Shown here: in pieces, positions 37,794 through 50,294 of the stretch
Layout of the letters: each line of letters starts with the position of its first letter
How positions within the stretch are numbered: the stretch's first letter is position 1
Assembly (NCBI GenBank): GCA_951406725.2
Contig: OX597835.1
Location: 2,356,001 to 2,420,000 of the forward strand
DNA: 64,000 nucleotides
From: Octopus vulgaris
Lineage: Eukaryota
Reading direction: 5' to 3'
Notes under the pieces: model-generated
Told to the model about the DNA's origin: nothing
The model's database searches: none
The model's input: the letters and a program-made list of their open reading frames with translations, nothing else
Position numbers and translations under genes: made by a program

Positions 37794-40474
37794 GTAAGTG
37801 GATAAATACTCAGTATTGTTTTTCTTCTCTCGTATGCATGCTAGCATGTGTGCCCACAGCCACTCTCACACTACCATCGTCATCACCATTGCCATCATCA
37901 TTATCATATGTTTCTTTTTTTGCCATACTGGCAGGAATAGGATGTGCCTCATCACTTTCCCCCTCACCTTTGATACAGACAGCAACTGAGAAAACCTGCC
38001 AGATTTGCTTCTGTTTGTCTCACAGTGTTGAGACTGCATGCACTTTATTATATCTTCAGCACTACAAAGAGGGCTGCAGCACGATTAAAGAGCGGAGAGC
38101 TGGCAGAAACGTTAGCATGCCGGGCGAAATGCGTAGTTGTATTTCGTCTGCCGTTACGTTCTGAGTTCAAATTCCGCTGAGGTCGACTTTGCCTTTCATC
38201 CTTTCGGGGTCGATAAATAAAGTACCAGTTTCGCAGTGGGATCGATATAATCGGCTTAATCCCTTTGTCCTTCTTTGTCCACTCTATGTTTTGCCCCCTT
38301 GTGGGCAATAAAGAAATACAAAGAGTCCCCTTTACTGTGTGCCGTCGTCATTTCTTTTGGTTTCTGTTCTCTTAGAAGCTCCCTGTTTAGTAAGAAGCTT
38401 GCTTCCCAACCACGTGGTTCCAGGTTCAGTCTCACTGTGTGGCACCTTGGCAAGTGACTTCTACTATAGCCTCAGGCCGACCAAAGCCTTGTGAGTGGAT
38501 TTGGTAGAGGGAAACGGAAAGAAGCCCATCGTACATACATATATGTATTTGTGTGTCTGTGTTTGTCCCTCCTCCATCACTTGACAACCGAAGTTGGTGT
38601 GTTTACATCCATATAACTTAGCGGTTCGGCAAAAGTCTCTGATAAAATAAGTATCAGGCTTACAGAGAATAAGTCCTGGGGGTGATTTGTTTGACTAAAG
38701 AATGAAAGAATATGCCCATGTCATATCAGTGCCAATAAATCTTGTTCTTGTGTTCGTTGGCTGGGTTTGCAGCACACAATCTCATCTAATTATCTTGCTC
38801 CTGCACCATCGTATCAGTGACACTCAACATCTTCAGCTCTAATTTTACCACTTTTTTTTCATTATCACAATCTTCCTCTGCCGTGGCTGTTCTCCTCTCT
38901 CAACCCGTAGCAATTTCTCATCCAACACTCATCATTTCTTCCCATCATGTCTTTAGACCAGTTCAGCATCACTTGTGCTACGTATACTTTAGTCTTACAA
39001 CTCACATATTTACTACCTAAATAGTCTCTCAACTCCTTTCTGTTTGTTTTTTTTCAATATGGCACATTGAATGTATAACACTTGCCTCATCTTAATATTA
39101 CTAAAACTTTAGAAGATGTTCGTTTGTTCCTGAAATATCTCAGAAACAGTTTATTTTATCTTAATTTTTTTTTTTACATATTTATTTTCATGCTTACTTT
39201 ATGCACTGCAGTACAAGGTTTTGTGATATTTGCACCTCTGTTTATTAAAGAAAACGATTAAACACAATTTTTGCATGTTATTTCTTGGCGAAAAAAAAAC
39301 ATGGCTTCCCTGATGTCAACACACATACAGAATGCACACACATATATAATGAATGTCATGGCTTGTGATTCAACACAAACATATGTATACTATCTGTGAC
39401 ATATTCACACACATAGTCATCACGCTCACTCTCTATCACTCTCTAAGGAAAAAAAAATGTTGACTTTCACCCCTTCCTTTCTCATTCATTTGTTGTGACG
39501 GAGAAAAACAAAAGAGAAAGATTGTTTCTATTTTCTCTAGTTAAACACAGCACGAAATTTTGTCAGTGAACAGGTCACGGTTTCAAAGTGACAAAAATAT
39601 TTTGACACTAATCAAATTTAAATGTTGAAGTGAAACTAACGGTTTTTGTGCATTCTTAAATGGCTTACAAACATCTTCCACACTGCAATTGTTTTTGTTT
39701 CAGCACACGATCTCAGATCAAGTCACTTGCTATGCTAGTACATCTTTGTAATGTTTTAACCATTTAGAAATATTTTTAAGTGAATGTGATTGCAAAAATG
39801 TAAGTTGTTTGTACAGTAAGTATTTATATTTTAGCTTTATTTGAGCAGACAATATCTTAATGTTTTATTTTCAAGTGAATACCATTACAAAAATGTTTTG
39901 GCATATTTAAAAAATATTTTCAAGTGAAAATGGCAAAAAATATGGTGAATATTTCATAAAAGACCCCTTAATAACCGTAACAATTGTTTGTGATAAAGGA
40001 CCTGAAATACTTGTTACCTGGTAGTCGGGCTTGCAAGAAAAAGCAACCAAATTTTACCTTTTGGAGGAAAGGAGCTGTTTATGCGTGATTTCTATGTCAC
40101 ATCCAAGGAAAGCATGCGAAATAACCTTGAAACGAAAATATGAATTCGGCCATAAAACAAAACTCCATTGCTGGGAAACTCGGAGTTTGCTTGTGATCCG
40201 ACTGGTCACAGCTAGTCTACTTTCTAATCCCTGTCAAATCTGTTTAGCATTCATATTTCATGCTTATACATAATTTCCTTGCTTATGTAGGATTTTATAT
40301 ATTAAGCAGGGGGCGTAACTCTCTGTTGCTGACCTGTAACAGTTCCATAAATTTCCTTCAATTCTTTTCTTAAACCCCATCTACAATTGTTACCTCCACA
40401 ATCACTTCCAGAAAACATTCAACTATATCTGATGATCATATATGAGTATCTCTACTTTTGATTACGTTAATCAA

Positions 40475-40765
40475 TCATCATCATCATCATCGTTTAACGT
40501 CCGTTCTCCATGCTAGCATGGGTTGGACGGTTTGACCGGGGATCTGGGAAGCCAGAAGGCTGCACCAGGCTCCAGTCTTATCTGGCAGTGTTTCTACAGC
40601 TGGATGCCCTTCCTAACGCCAACCACTCCGTGAGTGTAGTGGGTGCTTTTTACGTGCCACCTGCACAGGTGCCAGGCGAGGCTGGCAAACGGCCACGGTC
40701 GGATTGGGGTATTTTACGTGCCACCGGCACGGAAGCCAGTCGAGGCGGCGCTGGCATCGGCCTAA
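40475..40765 (-). mobile_element. SINE family B with RTE-type 3' end and (GAT)n tail; other copies ~11054-, 13100+, 13784-, 18020+, 21855+, 33868-, 34459-, 43492-
   Basis: Shared GGCGTTAGGAAGGGCATCCAGCTGTAGAAAC core and CCAACCCATGCTAGCATGGA..CGGACGTTAAACGATGATG end. Confidence 0.88.
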
Positions 40766-40918
40766 TCACTAATATTATAATTATTTTGTCAAGTACTTAC
40801 CATGTAAATGAACTGAAAATAAATTCAAAGAGAAGGTAAAATCACAAAACATGCTTAATTTATTTTGTTATTTGTTAATTCTACTGTAATTTTTTTTTGT
40901 TTTGTTTTGCTATTGTAG

Positions 40919-41024
40919 ATACACAGATAATCTAAAGCCATTTGAAAGACATATTCAACCTGAAGAATTATGGTTGTATAAGAATCCTGAAACTCCCAGT
41001 TATATACCGGTTAAATTTTTGTGG
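40919..41024 (+). CDS. PLPP5: PLPP4/5 coding exon 2 (YTDNLKPFERHIQPEELWLYKNPETPSYIPVKFLW)
   Basis: ttgtag| and TGG|GTTAGT, 106 nt, phase 2 to 0. Confidence 0.95.
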
Positions 41025-41336
41025 GTTAGTTTTCAAATCTCCTCCTTTTTTTACAGAATCACACCTTTTGAGATTAGAGACATCACATATATTTTTGATT
41101 TTTCCTTCCTACTTATATTTATTCATACATGCGTTTAGTGTGTAGCATTTTATTTTTAAGGAACTAAATGTGAACACATCATAGAAATAGTTTCCTATTT
41201 AAAGTACTTATAACATGTGAGTCAATGCAGGAGACTCTATGAGACCATTTGAATTGCTAGAAATAGCAGGCAAATGATACTACTTAGAGTCTTAACAAAA
41301 ATGAAAGAGCACATTAAATAATATAGTCTTAGATAA

Positions 41337-42760
41337 TCATCATCATCATCATCATCATTTTTGATCATTTAGTGACTCAGCTATTAGAGCAAGGTCATCA
41401 GCATAGAGAAGCTTCCGGGGGCATCCTGTCTTGAATTTCTCTGTTATTGCCTGAAGGACTATGATGAATAAGCGGGGGCTGAGGACTGATCCTTGGTGGA
41501 CCCCTACTCCTACTCGGAATTCTTCATTATACTCGTTGCCAACCCTCACCTTACTGACAGCATCCCTGAACATGGCTTGTACAGCTCTCACTAACCATTC
41601 ATCTATCCCTAGTTTCCTTATTAACTACCAGATAAGGGATCGGGGGACCCTGCCAAAGGCTTTCTCCATGTCAGCGAAAGCCAGGTACAGAGGTTTCTCT
41701 TTGGCTAGGTATTTCTCCTGCAGCTGTCTTCCCAGGAATATAGCATCAGTGGTGCTTTTCCTTGGCACAAATCCAAACTGCATCTCATCTAGACTGACTC
41801 TCTCCCTAATTAGTTGGGCTATGACCCTCTCCATGACTTTCATTACCTGATCCAACAGCTTGATACCTCTGTAATTATTTGTATCTAAGGCGTCACCTTT
41901 ACCTTTGTAGCAGTTGACTACAGTGCTGCTACACCAGTCATTGGGTATGACTATGTGTCTGCCAGATCGGTAGGGGAATAGGAGACTGGCAGGTTCCGGA
42001 AGTTCGTATTACAAATCATAAGATCATTTGCATTGCAGAACTCCAGCAGCCTGGTTCCCTCCTCATTGCGGAAACCAAAACCGTAGCCTCCATGTATGCC
42101 ATGGAAGTCCCCTGCATGTTGTCCAACATGCCCATTGAAGTCACCAGCCACAAAGAGAAGGTCCCTGTCATTTGTCGACAAGGTAGTCTGCAAGAGGGTG
42201 TCATAAAATCGATCTTTCCGTCCATCAGGTAGCCCTCGCTGAGGAGAATAAGCCGAGATAATGGTTGCTAACCCATGATGAAGCACTAATCTAATCGTAA
42301 GTATTCTATCGCAGACTCTGACTACCTCGATTACCTTATCAACCCATTTCTGCGCAAGAAGTATACCCACGCCCCTGACCCCCGTCAGTATTCCTTGCCC
42401 AGAAAATCTTATACCTATGTTCTTTGCCTGTGAGGAACATAGCAGACCCTCCTCTCCACCTTACTTCTTGGATGCAGCACAAATCTACATATCTCCGTTC
42501 AAGCATCTCAACAATTTCACCAGGCCTACCTTTCAGTGTGCCCACATTGAGTGTGCAAACCCTCAGGAAGTGGGCAGTGTGGGCCCATGAGACCCTAGGA
42601 TGGGGGACAGCAGTGTCATGTACCTGAAAAGAAAGCTTGCATTTGGCAGAACTCGTGTACATACAATAGTCTTGAGCCTGCATACACTACACCATTTTTA
42701 TATGCTACATGATCACTACCTTACATAGGAGATAAACCCTAAGTAGGGGGTGGGGATGGC
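41337..42760 (-). mobile_element. RTE (BovB-like) LINE with APE endonuclease and partial RT, internally deleted, (GAT)n tail
   Basis: TLNVGTL..CCIQEVRW..SAY.PQ..GDFNGHVG..CNTNF joined to YKGKGD..YRGIKL..QFGF..D.EKAF..HQGSVLSP..YADD. Confidence 0.93.
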
Positions 42761-43120
42761 GTTAAGCCTTTAGAAGTGTTCATGGGAGACATCCGATAGA
42801 AGTCAGAGTAGTTATTCTACTTTCCTTTTATCATTGATGTTGGCGTTTGGAAGAACCTGAGCATCACAGCTCCCATCACTTTCACCACCACCCAAGCCTT
42901 CTGTTTAATGTATACCTCAACAAATCATTGGAATACCGCTGTATATAAATATCCCTGGAAACTCTGATATCATAATGAGCAATATTTCAACCTAGCTGTC
43001 ATATTTGAGCCAAAGAAGCATCTTTGTGGATCTGAATCCACCTAAAATAACTTCCGTATCACATGAAATCACATGTTGCTATCTAATCTAAACTGGGGCT
43101 AAACAACCAACTAGATGATA

Positions 43121-43311
43121 TGAGGGGCTAATGAAAAGTTCCTGGATTTAAGGGCATTGCAAAAGGCCCGGTTACAGGGCTTAGAAAAACTGAAGGACCC
43201 TTGCAATAAGTGTGTGAATCTGAGAGGGGAATATGTTGAATAAAATCATAATTAACTGATCCTCTTCTATTTTCTTTTGCCCAAAACCAGGAACTTTACA
43301 GAAACCCCTCA
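43121..43311 (+). mobile_element. Mariner-derived MITE
   Basis: TA|tgaggggctaatgaaaagttcctgg...ccaggaactttacagaaacccctca|TA; retains the NKCVNLRGEYVE* C-terminus. Confidence 0.8.
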
Positions 43312-43385
43312 TATATTAAAACAGAAAGTGAGAATTAAGACTTCTTTGCTCAGCTCAACATTTATATAATTTTTGTGTTTTACAG

Positions 43386-43473
43386 GTGATTGTAACTATT
43401 TTACCTTTGGTTTCAATTGTGTCTGCTTACATCAGGAACAGAAACAAAACAGATGTGACGTGTGCTGTTCTGG
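43386..43473 (+). CDS. PLPP5: PLPP4/5 coding exon 3 (VIVTILPLVSIVSAYIRNRNKTDVTCAVL)
   Basis: ttttacag| and G|GTAAGA, 88 nt, phase 0 to 1. Confidence 0.92.
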
Positions 43474-43931
43474 GTAAGAGTTGTTTGATAATCATCATCA
43501 TCATCATCATCGTTTAGTGTCTGCTTTCCATGCTAGCATGGGTTGGACGGTTCGACCGGGGATCTGGGAAGCCAGAAGGCTGCACCATGCTCCAGTCTGA
43601 TCTGGCAATGTTTCTACAGCTGGATGCCCTTCCTAACGCCAACCACTCCGTGAGTGTAGTGGGTGCTTTTTACATGCCAGACGAGTCTGGCAAACGGCCA
43701 CGATCGGATGGTGCTTTTTATGTGCCACCGATAAAAATAGTACCAGTCAAGTACCGGATCTGATTTGATCAACTATCACCATCCCCAGAATTTAAGGTCT
43801 TCTGCTTAAGTTAATATAAATATTTATTGTTTTGGACGAATACCTTGTGGTTATTACATTTTTTTTTTACATTCTAAGTTCAAATCCCACAAGTTTATCT
43901 TTATCTGTTCAGGTGTTGATAAAACGAAGTA

Positions 43932-44453
43932 CCAAAAATCTTCGAGTATTGTCTGCCCTTGAGTATAATACGCAGGGGATTTTTAGGGGGCTGTCCCTCT
44001 GGAAAACCTAAACCTTGTGTATAATACGCACCCCTTCTCTAACTTGAGTTGTGCGTAATTAAGCCAGCAGCACCTAGTCGAACAAACACTTCCGCACATA
44101 CGTAATACAATAATGGTGATGTTCTTAACTGTTATATGGGAATGTAAATATGTTTGCAAATTGTTTTTGTTACATGTTATTCTGTGTTCTGAATACTTTT
44201 ATTTTATTAAATGTTGCTAACTGCAAGTTATGGATGATTCTTTTATGACTTCATTGCTTTCAGGCTTAGCTTAAGGTATTTTCACGCCCGACATCACAAA
44301 ATGCGTCTGAATAAACATTGTCGGACAGCAAATAGAGACTCGGACATTGCTTAGAAGATATTTTTCATTTTTAACCTCGTATTTAGTATGCGCTAGGGAT
44401 TTTGACCTTTAAATTTTGTGAAAAAAATGCGGATTATACTCGAGGATTTACGG
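43932..44453. mobile_element. pogo/Tc2-like non-autonomous DNA element with TA flanks, nested in a SINE remnant
   Basis: TA|ccaaaaatcttcgagtatt...ttatactcgaggatttacgg|TA imperfect TIRs. Confidence 0.6.
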
Positions 44454-44573
44454 TACCTCTCAAGTACTGGGTCTATTTAATTGACTGTTACCCAGTGACC
44501 AAATCTGTGGCCTTGTATACCAGAAATTACAATTTATGTCATGAATTTACCTTTATGTATTTTTATCTTTCAG

Positions 44574-44637
44574 GTGTGACTCTATCTATATTCTTTACTG
44601 CTTCTCTTACAAATGTGATAAAAATCATTTTTGGACG
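44574..44637 (+). CDS. PLPP5: PLPP4/5 coding exon 4 (GVTLSIFFTASLTNVIKIIFGR)
   Basis: ctttcag| and CG|GTAAGT, 64 nt, phase 1 to 2. Confidence 0.95.
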
Positions 44638-45252
44638 GTAAGTAGATCTTTCTCGCTATATATGTGTAAATGCATATATATAGGTGTGTTGGGGGTGTGC
44701 GTGTACATGAAGGTGTGTGTGTGTGGTTGAGGGTTGCATATATGTGTATGTGTGTGTGATTGCATATTATGTGTGTGTGTGTGTGTGTGTGTAATAACTT
44801 TGCACACACAAAAGGCACCCAACCTTTCCTTTGCTTGTATCTGCCATTTGAAGCCATGTCCAGTAATTTATTTGTTTGCTCTTCTCATCCACTTTTAATT
44901 GCTGTGAAATGATATGGCTTCAACTTTAGATATTCCTGCACCTGACCTCCTGCTTATGTGAGGCTGTTGACTTCTTTGGGCTTTGAGTAATCCCTTGACA
45001 AATATCTTGAATAACGTCCAGCATTCAAACTGTAGGGTCTCTTTGTTTTGGGGTGTTGTGTACTCACCCCGTAGTGTGTCACTTCTTAACCAACATTTGT
45101 ATCATTGCCAGTAAACTTTGACTTGGAAACTTCAAAAATTTCTTGTGTTTGTTTAACAGGACCTCTTCTCACGTAGGCTTCCACACTGTCCATTCTTTCT
45201 GCTATTGACTCTGTCATTTTGCAGAAAAAGCTAAAGATGTTCACACATTGTA

Positions 45253-45822
45253 TTGGGTTGTCCGGAATGTTTGTGCCAATTTTTAAAGGAAAGAAAAAGG
45301 TCAATAAATACTTGCCATTAGATTTTTAATCAACCAAATATGAACCATTTTGTTGCACAATGCATCTCCATCTTTCCTTTAACTTGAAAATACCCCCTTC
45401 CCAGAATTGAGGTGGTTTCATGGCAAAGAATTCATCAAGGTATCTTTTTACGTCATCCAAGGAATTGAAATTTTTGTCATTAAGACTATTCTGCAGAGAC
45501 CTGAATAAGTTGAAATCTGAAGGAGCAATATCTGGTGAATATGGAGGGTGGGGTAACACATCCCAGCCGAGCTGCAGCAATTTTTGTCTGGTTCCCAAAG
45601 CATCAGGTGCCGAAAATGAACTTTCTTATCTTCCATTTTAAAGGGTTCCAGAATTAACACAGGTTATAGAAACATAAATCTCCTTCCACGAAAAGATAGT
45701 TTAAATTGTGCTCTTAATGGAGGTGTAGTCAAATCCTATTTTATGGACTCAACCATGTTCTAAAATAAGTCAGTCGAAAGGTAAGCTACTATAAATCGGC
45801 ACGAACTTTCTGGACAATCCAA
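45253..45822 (-). mobile_element. Internally deleted mariner element with both TIRs and TA target duplication
   Basis: TA|ttgggttgtccggaatgtttgtgcc...ggcacgaactttctggacaatccaa|TA; MEDKKVHFRHLML fused to WDVLPHPPYSPDIAPSDF..FRSL..ERW..IV.QNG.Y. Confidence 0.93.
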
Positions 45823-46136
45823 TATTTTTACAATTGACTAATGTGGTGAGAATACTGTGAGGATAATGTAGCAAACAGTCAACTAGTGTGCCATCTTTTG
45901 TTCAGCAGTTACAAGCAGTCAAAATGACACAGCAAATGAATGGCTAAGTGTTTCTCCATTTGTAAATCTATGTCTGTGTTTACGCTGTACTACAGAACCC
46001 AGGCTACTATTTTGTGTGCTACCTTCTTGGAATTACTTGGAATTATTAAATGAAACGTAATCTCTGCATAAATGTTAAAATGAATTTTCTTCCTGTTGAT
46101 TTAAAAAAAGAAAAACATTCCTTTTGTTTCCGTTAG

Positions 46137-46261
46137 GCCCCGTCCTGACTTCTATTGGCGGTGTTTCCCTGATGGGAAATTTGTTGCTGGCATGTTGTGT
46201 ACAGGTTTACAGGAGAAAATCACTGAAGGTCGGAAAAGCTTTCCAAGTGGACATTCCTCAA
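46137..46261 (+). CDS. PLPP5: PLPP4/5 coding exon 5 ([13 protein letters not shown]...[12 protein letters not shown])
   Basis: ccgttag| and A|GTGAGT, 125 nt, phase 2 to 1; carries the C1 and C2 motifs. Confidence 0.97.
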
Positions 46262-47424
46262 GTGAGTAAATTTCTGAAAGGATTGACTTAATTTAGAAGT
46301 GAAACAGTAGTGGATATGTATGTTGTATCTATGTAAGTCTATATTTTGTACATTTATGTGTATATATGCATATTAAAATATATACATTTATGCATGAATC
46401 TCTGTCGGCATCTCTACATATGTGTATGTTTGTGTATGTATGTATATACATATATATATATGTATATATATATGCATGGTTGTGTATAAGTGTGTGCGTA
46501 TATATTTATATATATATAAATGGTGATATATATATATATATATATATATTATAGACAGATATATATATCCGAGTTTGTATGATTGTGTATATAATTTTGT
46601 CCATTTGGCAGATTAAATTTAGAGAACCTTATTTTGGGTCTATCACTAGCCATGCTCACTCAACTGTGTCAGCCTTAATTTTCAGTGGAAAAATGTCACA
46701 TGATATTAAAGCATGCCTTAGATGTATTGGAGAACCTACAAAAGTTTCCTGTGTTAATCACGTGATGTTCCTTTACATTCAACAGATAAAATCTAGATGG
46801 CTTTGATTGTTTGAGATTGTCACTAGACATTTTGTTTTTTTCCCACAAAGGAGGGAACTCGGTTGATTTGGATTTTATTTTGTGGGCTGGTATAAAGTGA
46901 GAATACTGCCATAGCAAAGTAAATGTAACAAACCATTTGGTTTTGGTCCTTAGCATCTGTATCAACTCCACTCTTCAATTATTGTTTATGAATAATAATT
47001 TCTTAGACATGGAACCTAAAGAAACATTAACTAATGATTTCACTGATCTTAGAGAGCTTGCAAAAACAAGGGGGACAGCACTCCTTCAAACCATGGGGAC
47101 AGCATGGGGACAGCACTCCTTCAAACTGGACCAATTAAAATATTTAAAAAAAAATCCAAAAAAAAAAAATCAAGAAACAGCATTCCTAGTAAATTCCTGT
47201 TAATTCTTTTTGGTGGCAGTGGTTTGAAGGGCAAGATTGATTTCTACAGGGTTTGAACTTGGATACCTTCAAGTATTTAGTCTATCACTGTATATTAAGT
47301 TCTAATTCTGCATCGTTATCTTTACTGTAAACAATAATTAATAAAGTGAAACGATGGCAACGCTCTACTTTTTTATTTCATCTCTAATTGTTTTTTCTTT
47401 CTCCTTTTTTCTTTCTCCTTTTAG

Positions 47425-47595
47425 TTGCTTTTTCTGGCTTAGGGTTTACAACTCTATATTTATTTGGGAAACTACATTATTTTGGACAACATGGTTTTGG
47501 AAGTACCTGGCGCCTTATCACCTGTGTCACTCCCATATTCATTGCTATGTTAGTGGCTCTGTCCCGTGTCTGTGATTATCACCATCATTGGCAAG
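47425..47595 (+). CDS. PLPP5: PLPP4/5 coding exon 6 (IAFSGLGFTTLYLFGKLH...ALSRVCDYHHHWQ), GC donor
   Basis: cttttag| acceptor; donor AAG|GCAAGT; 171 nt, phase 1 to 1. Confidence 0.93.
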
Positions 47596-47682
47596 GCAAG
47601 TAGTTTCTCCTCTTATTCACATTTCTAGCAACATTTATTTACTTCACTCCAATCTCCAAACCAAATATATAATATATAATAT

Positions 47683-47899
47683 ACATAATTATAATTAGGG
47701 TTCAGCTAATTGCTTCACCGCATACCGAATTTAGAAATAGGAGTTAAAATTCCCTTTCTGCTACTATAAGAATCTCCATGACGGCAAACACGTTTACCGT
47801 CCTTGGAGATTCTGATCGTAGAAGAAAAGGAATTTTAACTCCTGTTTTTAAATTCAGTATGTGGTGAAGCAATTAGCTGAACCCTAATTATAATTATGT
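47683..47899. repeat. ~215-bp imperfect palindrome in an AT-microsatellite-associated repeat; a related single arm lies at ~23570-23680
   Basis: acataattataattagggttcagctaattgcttcacc...ggtgaagcaattagctgaaccctaattataattatgt. Confidence 0.8.
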
Positions 47900-48752
47900 G
47901 GATAATTTTACATGTAAAGGTTATTTTAACGTACCGATCTACTTGGTAAAATTATTAATTAATTGATTAATTTAATTAATAAATTTTACCCTTCTATTAT
48001 TAATATATAATATATATATATATATAATATTCTTCTTCTTCTTATATATATATATATATATATATATAGCATGGCTGTGTGGTTAGGGAGCTTGCTTCCT
48101 AGCTATATGGTTTCGGGTTCAGTCCCACTGCGTGGCACTTTGGGTAGGTGTCTTCCACTATAGCCCCGAGCCGACCGGAGCTTTGTGATTGAATTCGGTA
48201 GGTGGAAGTTACTGCCGTGTGTGTATGTGTGCGTTTAGCTGCTCAGTGCCTCTCCGAAAGAGAGAGAGGGAATATATATATAATCTTATATGTATATGTA
48301 TGTATATAGATATACAAACTACAGTCTCTTTGATGTGATATAATTAGATTATCATGGTGGAGAGAGAATAGTAAGAGACTAACCATGCTGTTGTTTAGCT
48401 CCAGTTCAGCTCTGTTCCAGGTGACTTACAATCAAAGGTATTCAGCTATGATCACACCAACCTACTTTTATTTCTAGCATAGCATATTTAGGATTACACT
48501 ATCTAATGTGTCTTAATCTTTTTTTTAAGTTAATTGGGTGTGATTTGAGAGAGATTTGGCTGATATTTCTTACCATTCAAGCAACCATGTAGAGGTTTCC
48601 TCAATTGGTTGATAATCATAATGTATTTTGTTCTGGCATGGAAACCTTCATGGCTGTTAAGTACAACTGATCAGTGGTTAAAGTCCAGGTAAAAATAATA
48701 GAGTATGAGTAAGGGTTCGAATAAAAAGGTTATTATATATTTAATGTCTCAG

Positions 48753-48988
48753 AAAGATATTAAAATGAAATAAAGCAATACATTTCTGATCTTTGTCATC
48801 GTGTAAATAAGGCCTTCAGCATTTCTGTAAATATTATTAGATTTTACAAACAACAGTTTGAGACAGAAAAAAAGCAATGAGCTCACTGACTAAACTCAAT
48901 TCATTAAATGCAGGATTGCACATTGCTAATTGCACATTGCTAATTGCACTACAGCAGTTGTGTCATATTTTCCCTTTTCAAATTAGAT
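48753..48988 (+). repeat. Copy 1 of a near-perfect inverted duplication (partner 54249-54483)
   Basis: 236 vs 235 nt; one substitution and one A-run indel by eye. Confidence 0.9.
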
Positions 48989-49649
48989 ACTCTTTTACTC
49001 TTTTACTTGTTTCAGTCATTTGACTGTGGCCATGCTGGAGCACCGCCTTTAGTCGAGCAAATCGACCCCAGGACTTACTCTTTGTACGCCTAGTACTTAT
49101 TCTATCGGTCTCTTTTGCCGAACCGCTAAGTCACGGGGACATGAACACACCAGCATCGGTTGTCAAGCAATGTTGGGAGGACAAACACACACGTATATAT
49201 ATACATATATACGACGGGCTTCTTTCAGTTTCCGTCTACCAAATCCACTCACAAGGCATTGGTCAGCCCGAGGCTATAGTAGAAGACACTTGCCCAAAGT
49301 GCCACACAGTGGGACTGAACCCAGAACCATGTGGTTGGTAAGCAAGCTACTTACCACACAGCCACTCCTGCGCCTATAAATATTATGTTTTATGCAATTT
49401 TAACTGTATTATATTTCATCTCCAAGAAGTAATTCATTCGGTCGTTTGTACTAACAGACGGTGAATGTTGCTATCAATGTGTTAATGTTTACTAATAAAT
49501 TGTTATACTACCGGGTTATAACGTTTTCAAATTTTGGCACAAAGCCAGCAATTTCAAAGGAGGGGTTAAGTCGATTACACTAACACCATTAACCCTGAAA
49601 GGGTAAAAGGCAAAATCCTCCAGCCATGGGTACCATGCTGAAGTAGATA

Positions 49650-49878
49650 TTAACCCTTTCGTTACTGTATTTATTTTGAGATGCTCTGTGTTTCTTTCAA
49701 TTACTTTAAATATTACAAAGAATTTAGTAACATAACTTAGTTATCATTCAGCTAGTGTTAGGAACATAAATTGTGACTAAGGTTTGGTGGAAGATTTTAA
49801 TTCAAAAATTATGAAAGCAAGACATTTGTACTACAGAGCCAGAGCCGGTTTCAGTCGGGTTGGTAATGAAAGGGTTAA
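49650..49878. mobile_element. piggyBac-type MITE
   Basis: ttaaccctttc...gaaagggttaa. Confidence 0.85.
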
Positions 49879-50070
49879 AGCATGTTGTAGTCCTCCAATT
49901 CATCAGATCCTGTCGACCCATGGCAGTATGGCCAATCAGGTGTTAAATGAATGATATAGAATAAAAGCACTATATTTACAAATTATGATTACTAGTAGTA
50001 CCAGTCGGTTAATAAACTGCATGTCGCTCACTGTTGGTGATTGTTTTTAATTTATTCATGTCTGTTGCAG

Positions 50071-50294
50071 ATGTCACAGTTGGATCCTTTCTTGGGTTTA
50101 TGGTTGCCTACAACTGCTACCGTCAGTGTTATCCTGCACTGAACTCCAACTTCTCCCATTTGCCATTATCATCTGTCCCATCATATGAAGCAAACCTTGA
50201 CTCCAGCACGATAGGTAACAGCCAGTTATCACCTTATCGATCCTCAGACAATGGCAATCTTTTCAAAACTGATTCAACATTAAAAATAGTCTGA
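50071..50294 (+). CDS. PLPP5: PLPP4/5 last coding exon (DVTVGSFLGFMVAYNCYRQCYPAL...TLKIV*)
   Basis: gttgcag| acceptor, phase 1; TGA at 50292-50294; resembles D..VG..IG...AY.CYRQ.YP.L. Confidence 0.95.

Larger units (their letters stand above)
37729..50294 (+). other. PLPP5: Phospholipid phosphatase PLPP4/PLPP5 (PPAPDC1-type, PAP2 family) gene span; complete CDS 843 nt, 280 aa, 7 coding exons
   Basis: The spliced product has all three PAP2 catalytic motifs (KIIFGRPRP, PSGH, SRVCDYHHHWQD) and the PLPP4/5 hallmark PF.R.IQPEE.WLYKNP. Probably co-orthologous to vertebrate PLPP4 and PLPP5. Confidence 0.93.
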
